DNA of 64,000 bases from an uncultured Eubacterium sp. (GTDB lineage Bacteria; Bacillota; Clostridia; Lachnospirales; Lachnospiraceae). Position 1 is the first letter of the stretch; every line of letters starts with the position of its first letter. Below are positions 19,453 through 28,726 of this stretch, one piece after another. The notes under the pieces were generated by a model. It searched no databases, was not told where the DNA came from, and was given only the letters and a program-made list of their open reading frames with translations. The DNA is taken from assembly GCA_964579975.1 (NCBI GenBank), contig CAZOIF010000006.1, positions 6,925-70,924 of the forward strand, written 5' to 3'. A program made the position numbers and the translations under genes.

Positions 19453-20415
19453 ATGTATCCAATGAAACTATCGCCTGTATATAAGGACTATCTCTGGGGA
19501 GGACATGAATTAGAGCGGTTGTTTGGAAAGACCGGAGATGGCGATTGTACTGCAGAGAGCTGGGAACTGTGCTGCCACCCTGATGGGGAAAATATTGTAA
19601 AAAATGGAAGATATAAGGGGCAGCGTCTCGGGGATATACTGAAAGAGAACCCTCAGTTTGTATCGCCGGATTACCGGCCAGCCGATAAATTTCCAATCCT
19701 GATCAAATTTATCGATGCCAGGGAGAACCTGTCTGTCCAGGTGCATCCCTCGGATGATACGGCGCTGAAAGAAGCCGGGGAGGAAGGAAAAGCAGAGATG
19801 TGGTATGTGATCTCGGCAAAGCCCCGGGCGTTTTTATATTATGGGTTGAATCGGAAGATATCCAAGGAGGAGCTGGAACAAAAGATAAAAGATGGATCGG
19901 TCTGTAACGTCCTGAACAAGGTGGAGATCCATGCCGGAGATGTGTTTTTTATCCATCCTGGTACGATCCATGCGATCGGAGCTGGTGCGGTCATCGCTGA
20001 GATCCAGCAAAATTCCAACACGACATTCCGGGTCTATGATTATCTCAGAAAGGATAAAGATGGAAATTACCGGGAGCTTCATGTGGACCGGGCGATCGAT
20101 GTGATCGACAGGACGCCGATCGTTCCCTCGCAGGTATTTGATAACAATGAAGTGTGTTTAAAGGCGGGGACGCTCCGGAGATTATTTGAATGTCGTTATT
20201 TTGGTGTGTTGAGGATACGGGTAAACGGGGGAAAGATAAAATTCTGGTGTGACAGGAGTACGTTCCATTCCTTGTTAGTTACACAGGGAAGTGGTTATCT
20301 GGAGCATAAGGGAAAGCGATATGATTTTTCAGCCGGAGACAGTCTGTTTATTCCGGCCGGATTTGGAGAATATTATTTACATGGAACAAATGAAATACTG
20401 ATGTCTAAACTATAG
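19453..20415 (+). CDS. manA: Mannose-6-phosphate isomerase, class I
   Basis: YLWGG, AESWE, LSVQVHP, KAEMWY, GTIHAIG, EIQQNS. Confidence 0.93.
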   Translation: MYPMKLSPVYKDYLWGGHELERLFGKTGDGDCTAESWELCCHPDGENIVKNGRYKGQRLGDILKENPQFVSPDYRPADKFPILIKFIDARENLSVQVHPSDDTALKEAGEEGKAEMWYVISAKPRAFLYYGLNRKISKEELEQKIKDGSVCNVLNKVEIHAGDVFFIHPGTIHAIGAGAVIAEIQQNSNTTFRVYDYLRKDKDGNYRELHVDRAIDVIDRTPIVPSQVFDNNEVCLKAGTLRRLFECRYFGVLRIRVNGGKIKFWCDRSTFHSLLVTQGSGYLEHKGKRYDFSAGDSLFIPAGFGEYYLHGTNEILMSKL

Positions 20416-20439
20416 AGCACAGAAAGGAATAATCATATT

Positions 20440-21510
20440 ATGAAAGTGACAGCGATGATCATGGCAGGCGGCCGAGGAGAGAGATTCTGGCCGAAGAGCC
20501 GCAAAAATTTACCGAAACAGTTTTTGAGCCTTACGGATGACGGAGTGACGATGATCCAGCATACAGTGAAGAGGATCCGTCCTCTTGTGGATATGGAAGA
20601 TATTTATATCGTTACGAACCGGGATTATAAAAAGCTTGCGATGGAACAGCTCCCGGAACTGCCGGAGGAAAATATATTATGTGAGCCGGTTGGAAGAAAT
20701 ACGGCGCCTTGTGTGGGGTTAGCGGCGATGCATATCGGCAAAAAATATGACGATGCACTGATGATCGTACTGCCATCGGACCACCTGATCAAATACAACT
20801 CGATGTTTGTGGATGTGCTAAAGGATGCGTGTGCGGTTGCTGAAAAGGGAGATAACCTGACGACGATCGGGATTACTCCGAATTACCCGGAGACCGGATA
20901 TGGATATATTAAATTCGACCCGGATCAGAGTGAGGGAAGAGCGTACGGCGTAGAGTGTTTTGTTGAGAAACCGGATTTAAAGACGGCGAAAGAATATCTG
21001 GCAGATGAGTCCTATCTGTGGAACAGCGGTATGTTTGTGTGGAAGATTTCCACGATATTAAAAGATATCGAAAAATTCCTTCCGGAGATGTATGAGGGGC
21101 TTTTGAAAATAAAGGCGGCCATTGGCACGGAGGAGCAGGAGGCTGTCCTTGAGGAGGAATTTACAAAATTTGTTTCCGAGTCCATTGATTATGGAATTAT
21201 GGAGAAGGCACAGAATATTTATGTGCTCCCGGGTACGTTCGGATGGGATGACGTGGGTTCCTGGCTTGCCGTGGGCCGGATCCGCTCAACGAATGAATTT
21301 GGAAATGCCGTACAAGGAAATGTCATTACGGTCGAGACGAAGAATTCGATCATCGAGGGTTCGGACAAGCTGATCGCTACAGTCGGTCTTGAGGACATGA
21401 TCGTGGTGGATACGGAAGATGCGCTTTTGATCTGTGACAAAGGGCATGCGGGAGATATCAAGAAGGTACTTGAAAATCTTAGGATATGTAACAGAAATGA
21501 GTACATCTAA
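20440..21510 (+). CDS. manC: Mannose-1-phosphate guanylyltransferase
   Basis: MAGGRGERFWPKSR, EPVGRNTA, PSDH, FVEKP, WNSGMF, WDDVGSW. Confidence 0.95.
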   Translation: MKVTAMIMAGGRGERFWPKSRKNLPKQFLSLTDDGVTMIQHTVKRIRPLVDMEDIYIVTNRDYKKLAMEQLPELPEENILCEPVGRNTAPCVGLAAMHIGKKYDDALMIVLPSDHLIKYNSMFVDVLKDACAVAEKGDNLTTIGITPNYPETGYGYIKFDPDQSEGRAYGVECFVEKPDLKTAKEYLADESYLWNSGMFVWKISTILKDIEKFLPEMYEGLLKIKAAIGTEEQEAVLEEEFTKFVSESIDYGIMEKAQNIYVLPGTFGWDDVGSWLAVGRIRSTNEFGNAVQGNVITVETKNSIIEGSDKLIATVGLEDMIVVDTEDALLICDKGHAGDIKKVLENLRICNRNEYI

Positions 21511-21525
21511 GGTTATCAGATATAA

Positions 21526-22605
<1,080 letters not shown>

Positions 22606-22618
22606 AGAGATCATTATC

Positions 22619-22682
22619 TGAAATAGGTAAGTCTGACGGTGTTCCGGCTGTAGCAGGAGCACTGTCTGGCTTATCTATTTCA
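22619..22682. repeat. Long intergenic hairpin between gmd and rmd
   Basis: 15-bp plus 11-bp stems with four G.T pairs and one T.T mismatch. Confidence 0.8.
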
Positions 22683-22763
22683 ATTATTCGTTATAGTTCA
22701 GCCGTCTGGTCACAGGTTGTTTGTTTTGTGACACCTGTCTGATGCGCAGAAATGAGGTAGGAT

Positions 22764-23708
22764 ATGAAGAAAGCATTGATTATCGGCGGGGCCGGATTTG
22801 TAGGGAAATATCTGGCGGAATACCTGACAGAACAGTGTGGGTATCAGGTCTGTTCGACAAAGATGAAGAACGAGGAGATTCCGGGGGCAGATTATGAAGT
22901 AGTGGATATGAACCTTCTCGTAAAAGAAGAAGTGGAACAGGTGATGAAAGATCATGCCCCGGATTATATCTTTCATCTGGCGGCACAGAGTTCGGTAGCC
23001 GTATCATGGTCCAATCCGCAGCTTACCGTGGACGTTAATATAAAAGGGACATTGGTTCTCCTAGATATACTAAAGGAAACGGAATATAAGGGAAGGGTGC
23101 TTTTGATCGGCTCCGGCGAAGAATATGGGCGCATCCATCCCGATGAGGTCCCGATCGTGGAAGATACCGTACTGCGTCCGGGAAATATCTATGCGGCGAC
23201 GAAGAGCTGTCAGAATATGATCGCCAGCATTTATGCAAAAGCATATGATCTGAATCTTATTATGGTCCGTGCGTTCAACCATGTAGGACCGAGACAGTCT
23301 CCTCAGTTTGTCGTATCGGATTTTTGTAAACAGGTCGTAGAGGCAGAGAAGGGCTTAAGAGAGCCAGTGATCCATGTGGGAAACCTCAAAGCAAAGAGAG
23401 ATTTTACCGATGTACGGGATGTGGTAGCTGCCTATGAGTGCCTGGTGAGACAGGGGAAGAGCGGGGAGACTTACAATGTGGGGTCGGGAACTGCATATCC
23501 GATCGAAGAGATTTTGAATAAGATCATAGAGATTTCAGGACAAAAGATCGAGGTACAGGTAGAAAAAGAGCGCTTGCGCCCGATCGATGTGCCGCTCATC
23601 GTGGCGGATATCACAAAGATCACAGAGCATACAGACTGGAGACAGACGATCAGCCTGGAGCAGACGCTGAGGGATACATTGGATTATTGGAGAGGAGAGA
23701 CGGAATGA
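22764..23708 (+). CDS. rmd: GDP-4-keto-6-deoxy-D-mannose reductase (GDP-D-rhamnose synthase-like)
   Basis: GGAGFVG, HLAAQSSV, GSGEEYG, YAATK, RAFNHVGP; follows gmd. Confidence 0.8.
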   Translation: MKKALIIGGAGFVGKYLAEYLTEQCGYQVCSTKMKNEEIPGADYEVVDMNLLVKEEVEQVMKDHAPDYIFHLAAQSSVAVSWSNPQLTVDVNIKGTLVLLDILKETEYKGRVLLIGSGEEYGRIHPDEVPIVEDTVLRPGNIYAATKSCQNMIASIYAKAYDLNLIMVRAFNHVGPRQSPQFVVSDFCKQVVEAEKGLREPVIHVGNLKAKRDFTDVRDVVAAYECLVRQGKSGETYNVGSGTAYPIEEILNKIIEISGQKIEVQVEKERLRPIDVPLIVADITKITEHTDWRQTISLEQTLRDTLDYWRGETE

Positions 23709-24871
23709 AACATTGTATTGTTTGTGGAGAAAAGTTAGGAGGGAAGGCATTGCTTTCCTTTGACGGGATGCCGGCTTCCGCCCAGAACATCCCGGATGCA
23801 GATGAGGTGAAGACAGATCATGGTGTTTCCCTGAACCTTCACCAGTGTGCAAATTGCGGCCTCGTTCAGTTTGACTGTGAGCCGGTGGATTATTACCGGG
23901 ATGTGATCCGTTCCGGAGGGTTTACGACGACGATGGTGGAGCTTCGCCGCAGACAATATGCACATCTGATCGAGACGTATGGCCTTGAGGGCAAAAAATT
24001 TATCGAGGTGGGATGCGGACAGGGAGAATTTTTAGGTGTACTCACTGAATTTCCGGTACAGGCCTATGGAGTGGAGCACCGGGGGAATCTTGTGGAACTG
24101 GCACGTGGAAAAGGGCTTGATGTGACCTGTGGGTTTACTGAAGAGGCCGATACGGTTTTGGGCGAAAATGGCCCCTATGATGTCTTTTTATCGTTTAATT
24201 TTCTTGAGCATCAGCCGGAACCGGGTGTGATGTTAGACTGCATCTGGAATAATCTGACAGAGGGGGGAATGGGACTGGTAACGGTTCCAAGCCTTGAGTA
24301 TATTCTTCAGTATGACGGTTATTATGAATTGATCCGGGATCATATCGCCTACTATAGTTTTGAGACATTGGGAAATCTTCTGGCGCTGCACGGTTTTGAG
24401 GTGTTGGAAGAGGAGATGGTGAACCGGGATACCTGTGCAGTCATCGTAAGGAAAGTTCCGAGAGGGAATGAAACGGTAAAACCAGTGGAGGCAGTTGACG
24501 TTTCCACGATGGAGGCAAGTTATGATATCATTTGTGATGAGATCCGGAAACTGACGGATTCTCTGGAAAATGAGGGAAAAACGCTGGCGATCTGGGGAGC
24601 GAGTCATCAGGGATTTACACTGGCGGCCACGACGTGCCTGAAGGACACGGCCCGTTATATCATTGATTCGGCTCCGTTTAAGCAGGGGCGTTTTGCGCCG
24701 ACTTCGCATCTGCCGATCGTGGCGGCGGACCATTTTCATGAGGAGCCGGTGGATGTCATCCTGATCGTGGCTCCGGGATATACACAGGAGATTTCGGAGT
24801 CGATCCGGACGAATTTCGGTGAAGATGTGATGATCATGACGCTTCGGAGTGATCATCTGGAAACGTTGTAA
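23705..24871 (+). CDS. NDP-sugar C-methyltransferase family (Zn-binding N-terminus, class I SAM)
   Basis: CIVC...CANCGLVQ, EVGCGQG, NFLEH, DHIAYY, IWGASHQG, IIDSAPFKQG. Confidence 0.8.
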   Translation: MKHCIVCGEKLGGKALLSFDGMPASAQNIPDADEVKTDHGVSLNLHQCANCGLVQFDCEPVDYYRDVIRSGGFTTTMVELRRRQYAHLIETYGLEGKKFIEVGCGQGEFLGVLTEFPVQAYGVEHRGNLVELARGKGLDVTCGFTEEADTVLGENGPYDVFLSFNFLEHQPEPGVMLDCIWNNLTEGGMGLVTVPSLEYILQYDGYYELIRDHIAYYSFETLGNLLALHGFEVLEEEMVNRDTCAVIVRKVPRGNETVKPVEAVDVSTMEASYDIICDEIRKLTDSLENEGKTLAIWGASHQGFTLAATTCLKDTARYIIDSAPFKQGRFAPTSHLPIVAADHFHEEPVDVILIVAPGYTQEISESIRTNFGEDVMIMTLRSDHLETL

Positions 24872-24908
24872 AAAGGCAGAAATATTTTTGGAGAGGAATG
24901 ATTTTCGT

Positions 24909-25970
24909 ATGAATTCTTTTGTTTTGATCGAACCGGGCAAGGTGGGCTGGCATGACTCGCCGGAGCCGGAGCTGACGCCATATGGAGCCATTTTAAGACC
25001 GGTTGCCGTAGCACCGTGTACGTCCGATGTACACACGGTATTTGGCGGCGGTTCGCCCAAAGCGCCAAACCTGATCCTCGGTCATGAGTGTGTGGCAGAG
25101 GTTTTGGAAACAGGCGGGATGGTTCAGGATTTTAAGGCAGGAGACGTCGTAGCTGTTCCGGCGATCACGCCGGACTGGAGAGCACTCAGTATACAGGAAC
25201 ACAATTTTAACCATGCGGGAGCGCCATTTTCCGGACATCAGCTCGGAAGGAGCCAGCCGGGGGTATTTGCGGAGAAATTCCTTATTCCGGATGCAGACAC
25301 GACGCTTGCCAGGATTCCCGAAGGGGTATCTCTTGAGCAGGCTCTTATGTGTGTCGATGTGGTGACGACCGGATTTACAGGAGCAGAGTTTGCGGATATT
25401 AAATTTGGAGACACGGTCGTCGTCCTCGGAATCGGTCCGATCGGGCTTATGGCGATAGCAGGGGCGCGGCTTCTCGGTGCCGCCCGTATCATTGCAGTGG
25501 GAAGTCGGACAAAATGCGTGGAACTTGCGAAAGAATTTGGGGCGACGGATATTTTGAATTATAAAGATGGTGACATCGTGGAACGGGTGAAGGAGATGAC
25601 TGGCGGAATCGGCGCGGACAGCGTCGTGATCTGTGGCGGCCGGGATGAGGCGTTTTCGCAGGCTGTCGATATGGTGCGCTATGGGATCGGAACGGTGTCG
25701 AATGTGAATTATTTTGGCGGTACGGGTAATCTTCCGTTTCCGAAGTTCTCCGGCGGCCGGGGAATGGCCGGAAAGACAATCCACACAGAACTTGCGAAAG
25801 GCGGCAGGGCCCGCATTGAGCGGATGCTTAAAATGGCGCAGTACGGGCGGATCGCACCGGAAAAACTGGTGACGCATACCTTACATGGTTTTGATAAGAT
25901 CGAAGAAGCGCTTTATATGATGCGGGATAAGCCGGAGGGACTTGTAAAGGTGATGGTTCGGATTGAATAG
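24909..25970 (+). CDS. Zn-dependent NADP+ secondary alcohol dehydrogenase (C. beijerinckii / T. brockii ADH-like)
   Basis: PCTSDVHT, ILGHE, ITPDWR, DVVTTGF, GIGPIG, AVGSR (NADP-type). Confidence 0.88.
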   Translation: MNSFVLIEPGKVGWHDSPEPELTPYGAILRPVAVAPCTSDVHTVFGGGSPKAPNLILGHECVAEVLETGGMVQDFKAGDVVAVPAITPDWRALSIQEHNFNHAGAPFSGHQLGRSQPGVFAEKFLIPDADTTLARIPEGVSLEQALMCVDVVTTGFTGAEFADIKFGDTVVVLGIGPIGLMAIAGARLLGAARIIAVGSRTKCVELAKEFGATDILNYKDGDIVERVKEMTGGIGADSVVICGGRDEAFSQAVDMVRYGIGTVSNVNYFGGTGNLPFPKFSGGRGMAGKTIHTELAKGGRARIERMLKMAQYGRIAPEKLVTHTLHGFDKIEEALYMMRDKPEGLVKVMVRIE

Positions 25971-26061
25971 TCCCGCCCAAGGCGGGCCATTGCAAGTTTG
26001 GCTTTGCCAAACTTGAAGATGCGGAGAAAGAGTTCGCAAAACAGAAGGAAAGGGAAGACAG

Positions 26062-27003
26062 ATGAAACGAATCGTAGTGACAGGGGCGACCAGCTTTCTC
26101 GGCTCGACTCTGGTAAAAAAACTGTTAGATGACGGACATTTTGTGTATGCGGTCGTCCGGCCTGCATCGGCAAACCGGAAAGCGCTCCCGGAGGAAAGGG
26201 AAAATCTTGTGGTGATCGAGAGTGAACTGGAGAAACTGGATCAGATCGAAACGATGATCTCATCACCATGTGATTACTTTTTCCATTTTGGATGGGATGG
26301 GAGTGGCAGTGAGAACCGGAAAAAACAGGATGTACAGCAAAAAAACGTGGAGGATTCCCTAAAGGCGCTCACAGGTGCGAAAAACCTCGGGTGCAGAAGA
26401 TTTTTATTCAGTGGCTCCCAGGCGGAATACGGACAGTGCCCGGATGTGATGTATGAGGAAAGAGAGTGTCATCCGGTATCTGAGTACGGGAAGGCAAAAC
26501 GGGAATTTTATGAGCGTGCCCGGAGTATGTGTAAAAAATGGAACGAAGAGGACGGCGCCGGGATCGAGTACATTCACACGAGGATATTTAGTGTATATGG
26601 TTTTGGAGATCATCCGTCTTCTCTAGTGTGTACCTGCCTGAAAACATTTTTAGAGGGCGGCCATATGGAGCTGGGGGCGTGTACCCAGCAGTGGAATTAT
26701 TTGTACATTGGTGATCTGGTGGAAGGACTCATCTCTCTTATGTTTTGTGACGGCAGCATCCGGGAGGACAGCCTTTATAATGTCGCCGGACGGGAGAGCC
26801 AGACGATGCCTCTTCGAAACTATGTGGAAAAGATGCATGAGCTCTGTGGCGGCAGAGGAGATTATACCTATGAAAAATGCGTGCCGAATGCGGAAGGACT
26901 GGCAAATCTCATACCGGATACGACGAGGATTTATGAGGATACAGGCTGGGTTCCTAAGGTTTCATTTGAAGAGGGGATCCGCAGGATGATAGAGAAAATG
27001 TAG
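26062..27003 (+). CDS. NAD(P)-dependent epimerase / 4-reductase (extended SDR)
   Basis: VTGATSFLG, GSQAEYG, YGKAK, RIFSVYG. Confidence 0.85.
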   Translation: MKRIVVTGATSFLGSTLVKKLLDDGHFVYAVVRPASANRKALPEERENLVVIESELEKLDQIETMISSPCDYFFHFGWDGSGSENRKKQDVQQKNVEDSLKALTGAKNLGCRRFLFSGSQAEYGQCPDVMYEERECHPVSEYGKAKREFYERARSMCKKWNEEDGAGIEYIHTRIFSVYGFGDHPSSLVCTCLKTFLEGGHMELGACTQQWNYLYIGDLVEGLISLMFCDGSIREDSLYNVAGRESQTMPLRNYVEKMHELCGGRGDYTYEKCVPNAEGLANLIPDTTRIYEDTGWVPKVSFEEGIRRMIEKM

Positions 27004-27043
27004 GAAACAGCATATATGGAAGTGAGAAAGGAAGGGTATCGGA

Positions 27044-28726
27044 ATGGAGACAACAGCGATTTATAAGAGATGGATGGATGAGGTAAAGGAAGCAGATCTG
27101 CGTGAGGAGTTAGAGAGTATTCAGGCGGACAGCGAGGCAGTTTATGACCGCTTTTACCGCGAGCTTGAATTTGGAACCGGGGGACTGCGTGGCGTGATCG
27201 GCGCCGGGACATACCGGATGAATGTATATACGGTGGCAAAAGCGACCCAGGGCTACAGCAATTATCTGAATCAGGTAAAAGGCTCCGGGGACACACCGTC
27301 GGTTGCGATCGCCTATGACAGCCGGATCAAATCGGATATATTTGCACAGACGGCGGCCAGGGTGTTTGCGGCAAATGGTATCCAGGTGCATATTTATAAA
27401 GAACTGATGCCGACACCGGCGCTTTCTTATGCGGTGCGTGCGCTCGACTGCGATGGCGGTATCGTGGTGACCGCGAGCCATAATCCGGCGAAATATAATG
27501 GATATAAAGTATACGGCCCTGACGGATGCCAGATCACGTTGGAGGTGGCAGAGGCGATCTTAAAAGAGATCGACAGCGTGGATGTGTTTGATGATGTGAA
27601 GAAGGTAGATTTTGATGAGGGCTGTGCACAGGGAAAGATCAAGTTGATTGGAGAGGATGTCATCACCGGGTTTATCGATGCTGTGTCCGGGAGGGCGCTG
27701 AATCCGAAAGAGATCGATAAGGATGTTTCGATCGTGTACACCCCGCTCAATGGAACCGGACGCATGCCGGTGACAAGATGCCTGAAAGAAAATGGATATA
27801 CAAAGATTACGATACCGGCCGAGCAGGAGATGCCGGATGGCAATTTTACAACCTGTCCGTATCCAAATCCGGAAATCCGTGAGGCATTGGAAGTGGGCCT
27901 GAAGAAGGCAAAGGAGATCGGAAGCGACCTTCTTTTGGCGACGGATCCGGATTGTGACCGTGTGGGCGTGGCAGTGAAGGACGGCAGTGATTACCGCCTG
28001 ATCTCCGGAAACCAGATGGGAATCCTTTTATTTGATTATATTTGCAAGACATATAAAGAAAATGGTACGATGCCTGCAGATCCGGTCGTTGTGACCACGA
28101 TCGTATCCACAAAGATGATCGATAAGATCGCAGCGGATTACGGTGTCGAGGTAAGGCGGGTTTTGACCGGATTTAAATTTATCGGCGAGCAGATTGGCTT
28201 TTTGGAGGCGGACGGTGAAATAGACCGCTATATCTTTGGATTTGAGGAGAGTTATGGATATCTGAGCGGAGGCCATGTCAGGGATAAGGATGGCGTCAAT
28301 GCCTCTCTTTTGATCTGTGAGATGTTTGCCCACTATAAGGCGAAGGGACTTTCTCTGATTCAGGTACTTGATTCCCTGTATGAGAAGTATGGATGCTTTA
28401 AAGAAGCGTTGCAGTCGATCACGTTTGAGGGAGCCAGCGGGGCAGAGAAAATGTCCGGTCTCATGGAGACACTCCGGAACAATCCGCCGTCAGAGATTGC
28501 GGGTTATAAGCTGGTTGATGTGAAGGACTATGCGGCGGGAGTCGGTGAACTTCCGAAATCGAATGTGTTAGAATTTAATATGGAAAATGATATCAATGTG
28601 CTTGTAAGGCCATCGGGAACAGAGCCAAAGATCAAGATGTATTATCTCGTGAAGGGAGAGAATGAGGCGGAAGGCGCTAAAATCGTCTCTTCACTGGAAG
28701 AGTATTTTACGGAGGTTTGTAAGTAA
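27044..28726 (+). CDS. pgm: Phosphoglucomutase / phosphomannomutase
   Basis: FGTGGLRG, TASHNP, DPDCDR, FEESYG, RPSGTEPK. Confidence 0.93.
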   Translation: METTAIYKRWMDEVKEADLREELESIQADSEAVYDRFYRELEFGTGGLRGVIGAGTYRMNVYTVAKATQGYSNYLNQVKGSGDTPSVAIAYDSRIKSDIFAQTAARVFAANGIQVHIYKELMPTPALSYAVRALDCDGGIVVTASHNPAKYNGYKVYGPDGCQITLEVAEAILKEIDSVDVFDDVKKVDFDEGCAQGKIKLIGEDVITGFIDAVSGRALNPKEIDKDVSIVYTPLNGTGRMPVTRCLKENGYTKITIPAEQEMPDGNFTTCPYPNPEIREALEVGLKKAKEIGSDLLLATDPDCDRVGVAVKDGSDYRLISGNQMGILLFDYICKTYKENGTMPADPVVVTTIVSTKMIDKIAADYGVEVRRVLTGFKFIGEQIGFLEADGEIDRYIFGFEESYGYLSGGHVRDKDGVNASLLICEMFAHYKAKGLSLIQVLDSLYEKYGCFKEALQSITFEGASGAEKMSGLMETLRNNPPSEIAGYKLVDVKDYAAGVGELPKSNVLEFNMENDINVLVRPSGTEPKIKMYYLVKGENEAEGAKIVSSLEEYFTEVCK

